A DNA stretch of 64,000 bases from Eledone cirrhosa. Taxonomy: Eukaryota. Made by a program: the position numbers and the translations under genes. Position 1 is the first letter of the stretch; every line of letters starts with the position of its first letter. The stretch is taken from assembly GCA_964016885.1 (NCBI GenBank), contig OZ024742.1, forward strand, positions 254,386,001 through 254,450,000, in the 5' to 3' direction. The notes under the pieces are model-generated. The model did no database searches. It was given only the letters and a program-made list of their open reading frames with translations, and had not been told where the DNA came from. Shown here one piece after another: positions 1 to 13,307 of the stretch.

Positions 1-1073
1 TAATAAGACTAGAAGTTAAGACCAATCTCTTGTTTATTTAAAAAATATAATATTTCGGATAAAATGGCAACTGCATCTAAAAAAAAGTGTAGATAATATT
101 CCGTCGAATAAAAACGTTAAATTTTGTTTACTTGCTTTCCCCACATCTTATTTAGTTGAGACAGGTGATGCATCTGCTTTCAAAAAGTCAAAATCGCCTT
201 GATATAGAAAGAAGTGGTGATTTACGACTCTCTCTAACGGCTTTCACACTAAACATTGACAAATTAGTAGCCTTGCATCAATCACAGGGATCTCATTAAA
301 AACCGATTATTATATTCTTTGATTTGTAAATATAAATAAATGATTTGATATCTAAATTCTATATTATTCTATTTGTTTGAAATGTTGTAATACATGCTTA
401 TGTTATTCTCGATACTAAGGTTTTTAACCTAATATTTAATTAAAAGTATAATTATGTATGAGTATATACACACAAATATATATATCTATATATTGTGTGT
501 ATATATAGAAAAAATATATATAATATTTTTATTTATGTTGTTACTTTTTATCATTAGTCACATTTTAGAACAATTTGGTATTTGCGACATTTCCTGGACT
601 TTTGCTTTTCATCGATTATTTGACGTGTTTTACATTCTTCGGTGTTGAATATCAAATCAAGCAAATTGCATTATTCCAAGTGTGTCAATATAGTGCTCAT
701 TGTGGGTATGGTGTGGTGTGTAGTGGCCGGAGGCTGGGCGTGCTTGACTGGAAGCGTGCTTGACCGGAAGGGCGAGCAGATGTGAAGTCAGCTTGAGAGG
801 CCGCTTTCTCTTCTACGGCGGTCATCGGACTGAGACAGCCGTGCGATTTGAGGCTGCGATCGGCGAGCTGGATTGTACATACATGGAAGAGAGGAAAACC
901 AGCCAACGACTTTGCCAGGACCAGAGAAATGCGGTAAGTGAAGTGGCTTTCTAATCACAAGCTATTTCGGCACTTAAAGACTTATAGAAAAAAAAAAGAA
1001 AAAGGAAAAAGGAAGAATTTTTCTTTTAAGACAAAGCCACTGGAAAACAGTGTCAATATAGTGCTCATTAACA

Positions 1074-2478
1074 ATGCTGCCTAAAAAAACTTACAAAACT
1101 TGAGCAACAAAGAGGAGAGAAGCTAGACAAGCTGCCACGGAAGAATCTGCAAAGAAATGTTATCCAATCACAAGTTTTCTGAAAAGTCAACAGTCTTCGT
1201 CAACAAGTGGTGACGCATCCCAAAGCAACGTAACTGCTGGAATTTCCGGCGAGTCGGTCTGGTCAGATGAACTGGAGAAACAGAAAAGCACTGGAGAGTC
1301 GCGAGAACCTGACGTCGAAGATGCCTCAGGTCCATCGACTATATGAACAACCGTCGTAGTCACTGAAGATGTAGTTCCAACTGGGGATCCGAACTCAATA
1401 GAGGGAAAAATGGCTGTATCGGAATCTGAAAATGAAAATGATTCAGAGGAAACTACATTGGCAAAACAAATCCCAGAGTATGAGCCAGTAGAATGCATGT
1501 TGAATTTACAAGAGGAGTATCCAAGCGACCCGAAACATTTCGAGGGCAGACCATTGACGACACCTCTAATCCGCGCCCTCATGGCCGTTGGTCCTTGTCA
1601 GCCAGGATTGAAAGATAATTTTGCTGATTTTCCTCTCGACTCGAACCACAGAAAATTCAACATCAGTTGGTACAAGAGAAAGTGTGCTGGAATCCATAAA
1701 GTTGAGCGACACTGGTTAGTATACTCTCCTGAATCCAACAGACTATATTGCTTTTGTTGTTGGCTGTTTGCTGATAAAAATGCCGAATCTTACTCGAAGA
1801 CTTGGGGTAATCCAGAGTGTGGGATGGCAAACTTCAAAAAGGGAATCGAAAAAATTGCCAAGTATGAGAAAAGTGTCATTCACATCAATGCACAAAAGCA
1901 ATACTTCATGACAAAATATCGTTTGGACGCAGATAAAACAGTGATCGATAACCTCATCCATGAAGAGAAGAAGCGAATTGAACGAAATCGCCAGATATTG
2001 AGGCGATTGCTTGATTGTCCGTTATTTCTCGCAAAACAAGGCCTGGCCTTCAGAGGTCACAGGGAATATGCTGGACTTTGACACCAAATCAGAAAATGAA
2101 GGAAACTTTATGAATTGTTGAAATTGATGGCCAAGTATGATACGAATTGGAAAGCCATTTATTCTCGCCTGGACGCACTAAAAGACAGCCTATGTACTTA
2201 AGTCCAAAAGTACAAAACGAATTCATAGAATGCCTGGCAAACGAATGTACGCAACAAATAATTACGGAAGTGAAAGCGGCAAAATACTATTCAGTCATCG
2301 TCGATTCCACAATAGACATTTCGCATCAGGATCAATGCTCTGGAGCTCAGGAGCATTTCCTGTCGTTTTGTGAACTAGAATCAGCAGCCATTGAATTATT
2401 TTACGATACGCTTGTGAAAGTTCTTTTCCAGGATCTATCCTTGGATGCTCAATATATTAGGGGACAAGCTTACGATAC
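1074..2478 (+). pseudogene. hAT-superfamily (ZMYM1/DUF4371-like) transposase, disrupted and 3'-truncated
   Basis: ATG at 1074 is in frame with ORF 1410-2081 (stops in between). Motifs: RHWLVYS..YCFCCWLF (TTF-like Zn finger), LAFRGH, YLSPKVQNE, YSVIVDST and RGQAYD. Frameshift near 2081; homology ends after GQAYD. Confidence 0.85.
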
Positions 2479-2581
2479 ATGCATACTTACATTTAAGTAA
2501 GTGCCATACTAAGAGTGAGAAATGAAATTTCGTTTTCATTTTGTTTCAATATATATATATTTTGTTCAACACTGACACAGG

Positions 2582-2626
2582 AACGATGTACTGGTTTCAA
2601 GCTTGTTAGCTATCATCAGCACCGTT
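2582..2626 (-). ncRNA. Minimal type I hammerhead ribozyme in a PLE-terminal-repeat-like fragment
   Basis: Minus strand reads aacggtg-CTGATGA-t-agct-aaca-agct-t-GAAA-ccag-TA-catcgtt: 7-bp stem I, 4-bp stem II and an intact core. Confidence 0.75.
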
Positions 2627-2805
2627 TACCCATCTGCCAGATAGTTGAACGTTCGAAAGTATATACTTTCCTTATGAAAATTAACGGCTGAGCAAAAAAA
2701 AAAAAGGTGACGTGGTTGCCTTAACACCGTATGGCATAAATTCAGGCTGTTCAGTTTGTTTACAAACGAACAAAGCGACGTTATAATAAGCGCCGCTAAA
2801 CTGAT

Positions 2806-3292
<487 letters not shown>

Positions 3293-3468
3293 AAATTAGA
3301 ATTGGTGTTCTGAAATTGCAATATATATATATGAATGTATATATAGTGTATTTTTCAATACACTGTATGCTTAATTAAAATCATTTTGAAGACCTTACGC
3401 TATTGTTTTAAAGTAGTGACTATGTCACTTACTTCTTTTTTCAGCAAACAAAGGGAGATAAGCTGACA
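3293..3468 (-). mobile_element. Fragment of the ~320-bp HHR retrozyme-like family
   Basis: Aligns by eye to 37988-38162 and to parts of 61321-61690; ends at gctgaca, next to the HHR cleavage site. Confidence 0.75.
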
Positions 3469-4160
3469 AATATATATATACATTCATATATGTATCGCTA
3501 TATAACAAGTAAATTTGGGAATATATGTTCGTCACTGTAGTCAAAAGTAGGTAAATAAATAGATATGTATAAAGTGTATAAATAGAAAATAAATAAATTC
3601 CCTAAGCCTATATTTTAGTAAAATGATTCTTTGCAGAGTTTACACTCAAAGGACTATAAATATATCATTAAATAAGCAACAATTTGAGAGAAAGGAATGA
3701 AAGCAATTTTAAAAAAGGATTATATATTTTCATCATCATCATCTTTTAATGTCTATTTTTCTGCTTGTATACATGTTTATTTCATCTGTAAAAAAAACCC
3801 AAAGAAAAGGTGAAATGAAGATATAACTCCCTACAAAGTGTTTGCATTGTCTCAGAAAATGATGTATTTGTGTGTGTGTGTGTCTGTGTGTGTGTTTGCA
3901 CGTGTCTCTGTGTGTGTGCGTTTGTGTCTGCATGTGTGTGTGTGTGCAATTGTTCTCTAGCATTTGTTCATCTCTGTCTTTCCCTCTCAGTATTTATCTG
4001 TCTGCATGTATACTCTTCCTTCAACCCATGTTAATGTTCTTTGTATCTCTCTCTTTATTCTCTGTATGTGTTCACAGATGTAACAGCAATCACTCAAGTA
4101 GTCAACCAACACATCAGGTATTATGTACATATATATATATACACATATATATATATATAT

Positions 4161-6456
4161 AAAGTTCAAGCATGTTCTACAACGTGAGGACCAAAAACGT
4201 GAGGTGTTCAGGATTGCTAGGCAATGTGTCAAGGAAACAGTGATATTGTCGGGGAGAAGTGTGTACTTAACGATGACGGCGTACTTGCCATCACCGACGC
4301 CGATAAGAAGGTAGCTTGGAAGTGTCACTATGAAAGGCTACTAAATGAGGAGAATAAATGGGAGAAAGACAGTCTCCCCCACATCGACCCAATAGAGGGA
4401 CCAGCAGTGTTAGTCGAGGGTAGTATAATAAGTAAGGCAATCAAAGATATGAAGACAGGCAAGGCGGCTGGGCCTTCGGAAATAGTTGCCGAGATGCTGA
4501 AGGCATCTGGTACGGTGGGACACACCATGGTCACCCGGATAGTCAACCAAGTCATACAGAATGGGGTTGTTCCGAAGGACTGGCATAGCAGCATTATCGT
4601 TAACTGTTATAAGGGTAAAGGAGATGCCCTAGATAGGAGTAACTATAGAGGCATTAAATTAATCGACCAGGTCATGAAGGTCACGGAAAAAGTAATAGCG
4701 CAACTAATCAGAGAGCGAATTGATCTAGATGAAATGCAGTTTGGGTTTGTGTCAGGAAAAGTACCACAGACGCTCTTTTCATTGTACGACAACTACAGGA
4801 GAAGTACCTAGCTAAAAGTAAACCCTATAATTAGCTTTCGTCGACTTGGAGAAGGCCTTCGACAGAGTCCCCGTTCCATTATCTAGTGGGCTCTTAGAAA
4901 ACTAGGTGTTGATGAATGGCTTGTGAGAGCTATACAAGCCATGTATAAAGAAACAGTCAGCAAGGTTAGAATTAACAACGAATATAGTGAAGAGTTTAGT
5001 GTAAAAGTTGGTGTTCATCAGGGCTCTGTTCTTAGCCCCCTACTATTTATTATTGACCTCCAGGCTATAACAGTGGAGTTCAAGACCGGCTGCCCATGGG
5101 AACTCCTATACGCAGATGATCTAACGCTCATAGCTGAATCAATGGCCGAGCTAGAGAAGAAATTCCAAACATGGAAGCACGGCCTAGAATCAAAAGGCCT
5201 TAAAATTAACCTGGCTAAGACTAAAGTTCTAGTTTGTAAGAAAGAAAATAAGGCGGCGGGCCCCTCCGGGTAGTGGCAATGCGCAGAGTGTAGGAAAGGC
5301 GTAGGTAGAAATTCCATTTTGTGTCTCAAATGCAAAGTTTGGGTGCATAAAAGATGTAGTGGGATCACAGGTAAGCTAACTAAGAACATAGATTTTACAT
5401 GTGGCCGGTGTTCTGGGGCAATTAGTAGCAGCAAGTGCCCACAAAATACTAGCTCTTTCAACTGCGCAGAGGGTTCTATAGAAATAGTGGACAGCTTCTG
5501 TTACCTGGGTGACAAAATCAGCAGTGGGGAGGGTGCTCTGAAAGTACAGTAGCTAGAGTCAGAACTGGATGGAAAAAGTTCAGAGAGCTTATACCACTAT
5601 TAGCCGCTAAAGGGTTCTCCTTAAAAATGAAAGGCAGGCTGTACGATGCCTGCATACGAACAGCAATGTTGCATGGCAGTGAGACCTGGGCATTGTGTGC
5701 AGAGGATATACGCAGACTAGAGAGAAACGAAGCATGCATGCTCCGCTGGATGTGTAATAGTAATATACGTGAACGACAAAGCATAAACGAACTAAGGAAA
5801 AAATTAGAAATAAGAGAGATCAGATGTTGTTTACTAGAGAGAAGGCTACGTTGGTATGGTCACGTGATGCGCATGAAGGACGATAGCTGTATAACAAAGT
5901 GCAGGGCAATAAAGATAGACGGTAGCCACGGAATAGGCAGACCCAGAAAAACCTGGGACGAGCTGATAAACTCCGACCTCACACACTTACACCTCACCAA
6001 GACAATGTCACTGGACCGAGACCTTTGGCGGAACTCAGTAATAGAGAAGACCCGCCTTACCTAAATACAAAGTAAAACCTACTACAGTCAGTAGGCATCT
6101 CTAACAAAATACACCCCTGTCCCACCACCCCACCCCATCCACACCGCCCCCTTCTATGTAAAGTTATGTTGGTGCCACACCATCCAGGCCGAAACAAATG
6201 AGATCGTGTAGGTGTCACGACAAAAAAACACACAGTCCATGCTGTAATGTGGCCGTGTAGGCAACACGGTAAAAACCTCCCAGACCCACACTGTAAATGT
6301 GGTTGGTGTTAGGAAGGGCATCCAACTGTAGAAAACCTGCCAGACAGTCCTATGCGAGCAAGACAATCACTCTTGCCTCAAGTGGGAAAACCCCCGTCCA
6401 AACCCATGCAAGCGTGGAACACGGACGTTAAACGTTGATGATGATGATGATGATGA

Positions 6457-6460
<4 letters not shown>
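4161..6460 (+). mobile_element. RTE-clade LINE family A, 5'-truncated, with frameshifts and stops
   Basis: YKGKGDAL..NYRGIKL, QFGF, GVHQGSVLSP, LLYADD, RLRWYGHV and GRPRKTW motifs; 3' UTR ends ggacgttaaacgtt(gat)n; (TA)n on both sides. Confidence 0.95.
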
Positions 6461-6516
<56 letters not shown>

Positions 6517-6864
6517 GTGTGTGTGTTATACACACATATACAGGGTTTCCAGGCCATAACACTGATACCAAATGTAAAGATTGTACCTCCTCATCATCAT
6601 TTAACATCCATTTTCTCTGCAAGCATGGGTTTAAGCATTACAATTAAATAAACTGCTATATCAAATATTTTGTTGTAAGCTATCACTCTCACAAAATGTT
6701 TTATCTTTTTATTACAAGAGATTTGCTCCAGAGTGTCTAGATAGAATTTAGAACTATCTAAGAGTTGATAAAAACAATTGTTTTCTTAAAAATCCAATTG
6801 AAAGTACTGTGTTAGATTGTTTCAATAATGCCTCAGTTTATTACTGATTCTTATCCTGTGTTTA

Positions 6865-7625
6865 ATAATAATAATAATGAAATTATTGTGTAAAGTTCTC
6901 AGGTGCACTACAACTCGTCAAAGGTGCATGTATAATACATAGAATAATATACAAATGTCAGGGAAGTGAATAGTGTATGAGTCATGATATACATGTGTGT
7001 ATGTGTATGGAGGGGGAACATTAGGTGTAGTGTTGGTGAATCTCGGGAAGCATGGAGGTTTTAAAGGATGTAGTGTCTCAACAACTACAACTGATGCAGG
7101 TAGTTTGTTCCATGCTTCAGCAACTCTGAGCGAGAAAAAATGTTTCCGAAAGTCATGGGAACTGTGCTGTTTTCCGACTTTGTGGGCATGCCCATGTGTG
7201 TTAGACACATGGAAATCAAAAAGGTACTCAGGGTTGTTGTTGGCAAAATGGTTAACAATTTTGTGGGTGTTTACCAAGTCAGTTGCCAGGCGTCGGAGCT
7301 TCAATGTATCCATGCCCAGAGAAGCAAGGCGTTCAGACTATGGTAGATCCCTGATGGAGGGTATTCGCTTGGTTGCACGTCTCTGAACAGTTTCCAGGCG
7401 GTCAATGTTCTGAGCAAGATAGGGGTTCCAGACTGGTGATGCAAATTCTAAGTGTTGCCGCACCATAGCCATGTACAGCCTTAAATAGATAGCTGGAGAG
7501 TGGCTGACAAAGGTCTTGCTGAGTGATGCTAAGACACCCTCAGCCCTCTTGACAATTTTAGAGATGTACTTCGTCCAATGCAAATCGCTGCTGACCGTAA
7601 TACCCAGATTATGTAAAACCCAGAT
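6865..7625 (-). mobile_element. CR1-clade LINE 3' fragment
   Basis: ORFs 7338-7649 and 6918-7313: LGITVSSDLHW, LEFASPVWNP, LETVQRRATK, RKHFFSLRVAEAWNKLP; (TTA)n tail. Confidence 0.9.
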
Positions 7626-9464
7626 TTGTTTAATTAAGTTCAAGGTCACTATTTTGTAGAGAATAAATGTTGTATTAAATTAAATAAACCACAAAATGAA
7701 ATATGTTGTTGCGTGTTTATTTCATTTGCATTTCAAAAACTGCAGTTTTCCATTTTCATATACTTCTGTACAATGATCCATACCTTATGAGACCTCATTG
7801 GACCTCCATCGGTTTTGATGGTTAGTGTTCTAGTTGTATGAACCACAAGACAAACTACACATGAAATTAAATTGCAAGTGGCTAAGCATTCCACAGGTTT
7901 GTGGAGCCTAAACATACAACTTAGATAGTCATGTTCAAGGAAACAATGCACCACTGGTAATCAAACTCACAATCTTATGATGATGAGCTAAACACCTTAA
8001 CTATTAGTCAATGTGCCTCCATACATTATGAAACACACACACACAAACTTACACTAGTAGCGTATAATATGCAGCGAAAATTGTTTACGACAAATTTAAT
8101 GACTAAACAGTGAAGATATAAAAGAAGAGACATATGAAAATAGAGCCTGCCTTGTTTCATATTCTTTCTAAATATGTCTTCCATTTATAATTGTCTTTGC
8201 AGATGTTAGTCTTAAATTCTAGCCACCATAAACATTTCTGAAGATAAAAGAGATAGAACATTTCGGAAGCAGAAACAGCAGTTATTGATCTAATCTTACA
8301 ATGAATCAGCAGATAAATGTGAGTTTAACATCACCACCCACCCACCAAAACTAAACGAGATGTTCCCATTTAACAATCAACTTGAAAGTAAAATGATTTC
8401 GTGTTAAGAAACAATTACATGAGAAAAGACACGAAAAGTACAAGTAAGTTTATAGTTTCAGCATGCTATCATAATGGCTGTCTTGAAAATTATTATTGAA
8501 AGGAATTAATCTTTGATATAACAATCGAATATGTAAATATATGCAATATAAAGACATTAGTTCGTTTTGTTTTATCGTGGTTTCTCATGTTGATTTGTTT
8601 GTTTTTGTTATTCCATTCCCATCCCACCCATAGCTGACTTCCCATGTATCTTAAAACAATAACACTGTAAAGCTAGGGTCGATAGAGAGACATTTAATAG
8701 GGGCATTGTTAAAAATAATATTGAAAATAGAGTGATGATACACCAGGCTATGATACAAGAGAATTATCATCAGCAGTTAACATTATATATATGCATATAT
8801 ACATACCGTTGATGAGGAGTTTGCAGGTCCAGTTACCAAGATACACATTCAGCTTCATACTCCTTATTGTTGGAGATACAGATTATATACCAACCTGCCT
8901 GGACCCAAATATAACTGAGCTTGGATTTGTGGGGAAAGAAAGTAGTTTCTTGATTCATAAGCTAAAAATGACCTTGATATCTGGAACCTTCAAAACCTGT
9001 AAAAGCTCCTTACAATTCAAAGGATGAATGCTTAGATAAAAGTGACAATATATATATATATACACACACACACACATCTTTCTCATCTGTTTTCCTTGCT
9101 AGCAATTGTTGAACAGATCGTTTCGACTCAAGTTAGTACTTAGTCGAAACTATTAACCTTTCAGACAGGTCAGCAGCCACCTCTCACTCTACAGAATGTA
9201 CTAGGCACATCATTTCATCATGGCACCAAACAGATTGTTATGTTTTCGACAAAACTCTAAGGTCCTTTCCATCCTCTGTTTGGCAGGTTTTCTATGGTTA
9301 GATGCTCTTACTATCACCAATTACTTTACAGAGTGTACTTAGTTCATTTGTTATGGTACCTGCACTAATGGGATGGTTTAATGACCTTGCTAATCAACTA
9401 CATATATTTTTTTACAAGAAAACATCTAAATATGTTAATTTTTCTCCTGAAATTTTCAGTTGAT

Positions 9465-9700
9465 AGTGTCTTACCTCTACCCCTTTCTCAGTCATTACTG
9501 TCTTACCTATATACATTTCCCAACTGATGCTATCTTATCTATATACCTGTTTTATCTATATGTCTGTCTCTGTTGATGCTATCATACAAGTATACTTGTC
9601 TATACACCTATCCCAGTTGATGCCTTACCTATACAACTTTCTTAGCTGATGTTGCCTTACCTATATACTGGTATTCCATATATACCTATCTAATCTATAC
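9465..9700. repeat. Degenerate ~30-bp minisatellite (tcttacctatatac...ctgatgc)
   Basis: Recurring ttacctatatac and gttgatgc motifs. Confidence 0.6.
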
Positions 9701-11228
9701 ACCATTACTATTCTAAAAGAAGGAAAGGTATCTTGTTATCAGAAGATGAACTCATGAAAATATTTAAAAGCCAGTCAATAAAATCCTTATCTCATCACTC
9801 TGCTGGCTAGAGATAGCAGTGAAATATTCCACTAAAAATGCCCAAACATCATAAGAAAGAAATGACACCAGAATGGATAATATAATTGTAGAAAACCTTT
9901 ACCTGAAACAAAACACACTTGAGCATCAATCAACCTGCTTGATCATGGTTAACTGTATTGATATTAATCCACCTAATCTGCTCCTGGTTCTATGATACAA
10001 AGTCATTTATTTTAAAGTGTTCATATTTAAATTTAATCTTTTTGTAAGTTTATTTCTAATGAAATACATTCTATTTCAACTAATTAATGAATAATTTAGA
10101 GATATTTACTCACATAATTATTTCATTACTAAGATAGTAGCTTAACATATGGTTCTTATCTAAAATTAAGTTCAAAGTAGGAGCAATGGTGAAAAATTTC
10201 ATTTGAAACTCTGGTTGATTATATTATTAAAATATATTAATCTTTAAAACTTGGTGGTTGATTTTTATAAAACTATGGAATTTCCAGGGGATTGGCTAGT
10301 AAATAATTATTAATTTACCAGTTGAACATATCTTAAATGTGCTTTTGATAAATAATTTTCTTTGTTAGTATTGAACAGCTTCAACACCAACAGCAAACCT
10401 TCAGCCATCAACACTCTCTATTGAAACTCAAGCTGTAAGTTCATGAACATTGATGTGACAACATCATAGATATCAAATAACGATATCAGTGGGTTATTAC
10501 TGCCTTTCTTTTGGAAAGAAATATTGCTATAATGCAGAATGACTATAATCATGTATTCCGCTATTCCCCTCTTCCTGTAAATACATTTATCTTTGCCAGG
10601 ACTTAACAGCCTGAGACGAAGTGATATTTTTTGTCGTTTGATCTTTGCTGTTAATTCAGGAAAAAAAACCATTAGCCTTCTGTGTGTTTGTCATCAATAT
10701 CAATGTAGGATTTGAATGGTTATTACTAGTAAATGTGAATTTTTGTTTTTTATTCATCATCATCCTTTTACATCTGCATTACTTGCTGGCATGGGTTAGA
10801 TGAGTTGTTACAGGCCAAGACGAGATGGATAGGACTAGCCTCATCTCCCTTCTTGTATTGTATATTTTTGCAGGGCTTCTACAGCTGGATGCCCTGCATG
10901 ACAACAAACCATTTTACAGTGTGTGCCAGTAACACTACTATGTTACAGAGTGTATTGTGTAAATTTTATTATGACACTAACACTACTACTTTATGCAGTG
11001 TACTGGATACATTTTATCATAGCACCAGCGCTAGAAATTTTGCCATATAACTGGCCAGACTGAGGAGTCCTCTCTACTCTATAATACTCTATTATTACCA
11101 AGATATATCCATGATTTGAACCCAGGACATAATGTTTGTAAAGTAAGCATATTAACCATTAAACCATGATGTGTTCATAGGTATTTAATAGGATTATAAA
11201 CAATCTCCTTCACTAATGCATGTTCATT

Positions 11229-11490
11229 GAAGGTGTGTGGCTTAATGGTTAATGTGTTGGACTGATGACCATAGTCAAGGTGTGTGCCCTAATGTTTAAG
11301 CTGTTGGTCTGTTTGCCATGGGGAAGGTGTGTGACCCAGTGGTTAGGGCGTTGGACTGTTAAACAAAATGAATGTGTGTAGCCTAGTGGTTTGGGTGTTG
11401 GACTGATGATCATAAGTCCTGGATTTGATTCTTGGACTGGTTGGCATGTGTTCTCTTGCAAGACGCTTCATATTATATTACATTTCAAGT
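11229..11490 (+). mobile_element. tRNA-derived SINE preceded by tandem 47-bp head units (4 units)
   Basis: Four units of gaaggtgtgtggcctagtggttagggtgttggactg..., then a B-box-like ggatttgattc and a CORE-like body. Confidence 0.7.
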
Positions 11491-11717
11491 TGGGACTGAG
11501 GCTATAATAATTAAATCACCCCAGGGTCTTCCTATGAGATACCATTTCAAAAGAGGCCAGCAATATCTACAGAGCTCTAATAATAACACAATAGAACAAG
11601 GGCCCCTAATATTAAAACATGCAATTTCAAAGGAGGCCAGCTAAACCTGCCTTTTTAAATCCCTTTCCTCTTCTATTCTGTTGCATAATCAAAAGTATTG
11701 TCTGACCTATATTGATA

Positions 11718-11897
11718 TTGGCAGTATCGGTAGAGGGTCGGACGCCGTGCTGTGACGCATAGAGTTACGGCCCTTGCCATTCTGAGTTCAAATCCCACCG
11801 AGGTTAACTTTGCCTTTCATCCTTACGGGGTCGATAAAATAAAGTACCAGTAATGTACTGGGTAATTGCTGGCCTTGTGCCAATAGTAGAAACAATT
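11718..11897 (+). mobile_element. tRNA-derived SINE family 2 (gcctttcatcct..ggggtcgataaa middle domain)
   Basis: A box tggcagtatcgg and B box gagttcaaatcc; related copies at 17987, 29748, 40485, 60008 and 63285. Confidence 0.85.
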
Positions 11898-12928
11898 AAT
11901 ATGTATAAACATTTATAAATGAAACTACCAATATTTTAATGTATTTTCAGTAATAACTGATATAGCTATCAATAGCTGAAACTGATTCTTTTGCTACGTA
12001 CCTGTATGTTTGAAAGTATTTCTATTGCATTCAGAATTTCATATTAACAGATGTTTTGTTCATATTACTCATAAACTCGTTAGTATATTCAACTGCATAG
12101 AATATGTTATACAGCAGTGTATCAAGCTAGGCATTGATACACTTTTATTTCATATACATAAATATTCTACACGAGCCTGTAATCATTTGATGAAGGTATA
12201 TATATGCTATAAATTCATATTCGGGAGTTTGGCATTCAGGTTCATAAATCATATTTGTATTTTTGTGAACATTCGCAAAAAAAAAAGAAAATAATAATAA
12301 TAGTAATGAAGTAAAAATAAAGCTGCTCTTTTGAGCCAGTACCTCAAATATTTTCATTTCCGTTGTAAGAGAAAATATGTTTTCTTTTTAGTTTTTTGTT
12401 GAAAGGGCAATCTGGAAATAAGAAACAGAATATTTCATCTCTCATTTTCAACACACACACACACACAAACATGATCATCAACATCATCATAACTTAACGT
12501 TCATTTTGTTCTGATATATCGAAATATATATATATATATTTGTCTATTCTTTGTTTGATATATATATATATCAAACAAAAAATAGACAAACAGGATTGGG
12601 AGAACCCTTCAGTTATGTCAAGGACATGACAACCTCTATAGTGATGGTGATTTATATGATAAACATACCCAGTACATGCTATAAAGTGGTTGGTGGTAGG
12701 AAGGGCATCCAACCATAGAGATCTTACAAAAGAAAGGGTTGGGAGGACCCTCAGTTGTGATAAAGGTATGAAAACCTCCCCTGGGCACTTGATGGAATGT
12801 GAGATCATATATAAGTGAAACACAGATCTCTGGCCTACCTTGGTCTGTGTGGAGACATTCAACCCTTGCTAGCAGGGAAAGCAGACGTTAAAATGATAAT
12901 GATAATGATGATGATGATATACACACAG

Positions 12929-12965
<37 letters not shown>

Positions 12966-13099
12966 GAAATGGCTTCTGCAGGACTAGGAATGTTTCAATC
13001 AAAAGAAATCTACTAATGTATTGAGTACCTTACTTACTGTGGTTACCCTTGATTTTACACGGGACTCACATATATAAATATATATATATAGATATATAT

Positions 13100-13290
13100 C
13101 ATAATCATCGATTAACATCTATCTTCCATGCTAGCATGGGTTAGACGGGTTTTCCGATTTAGAGGCAAGTTGGGTCGGTAGACCATGTCGTGCTCATATA
13201 AGAGTGTTTCTGGCTGGTTTTCTATGGCTGGATGCCCTTCCTAACGGCAACCATATTGGCAGTGTGGGCTGGGTGCTTTTTGCCGAGTCT
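13100..13290 (-). mobile_element. Short non-autonomous RTE-related element (aggaagggcatcc module plus tail)
   Basis: Similar to the RTE-A 3' UTR and to 34080-34260, 44255-44427 and 63057-63213. Confidence 0.7.
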
Positions 13291-13307
13291 TTTACACGTC
13301 CAATATA

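Noticed and set aside
1410-2500. Domesticated host ZMYM1-like gene
   Set aside because: Stops, a frameshift and truncation indicate a dead transposon.
9120-9150. Hairpin gtttcgact...agtcgaaac as a terminator or ribozyme
   Set aside because: Isolated 9-bp stem without a core box; intrinsic terminators are not relevant in this eukaryotic context.
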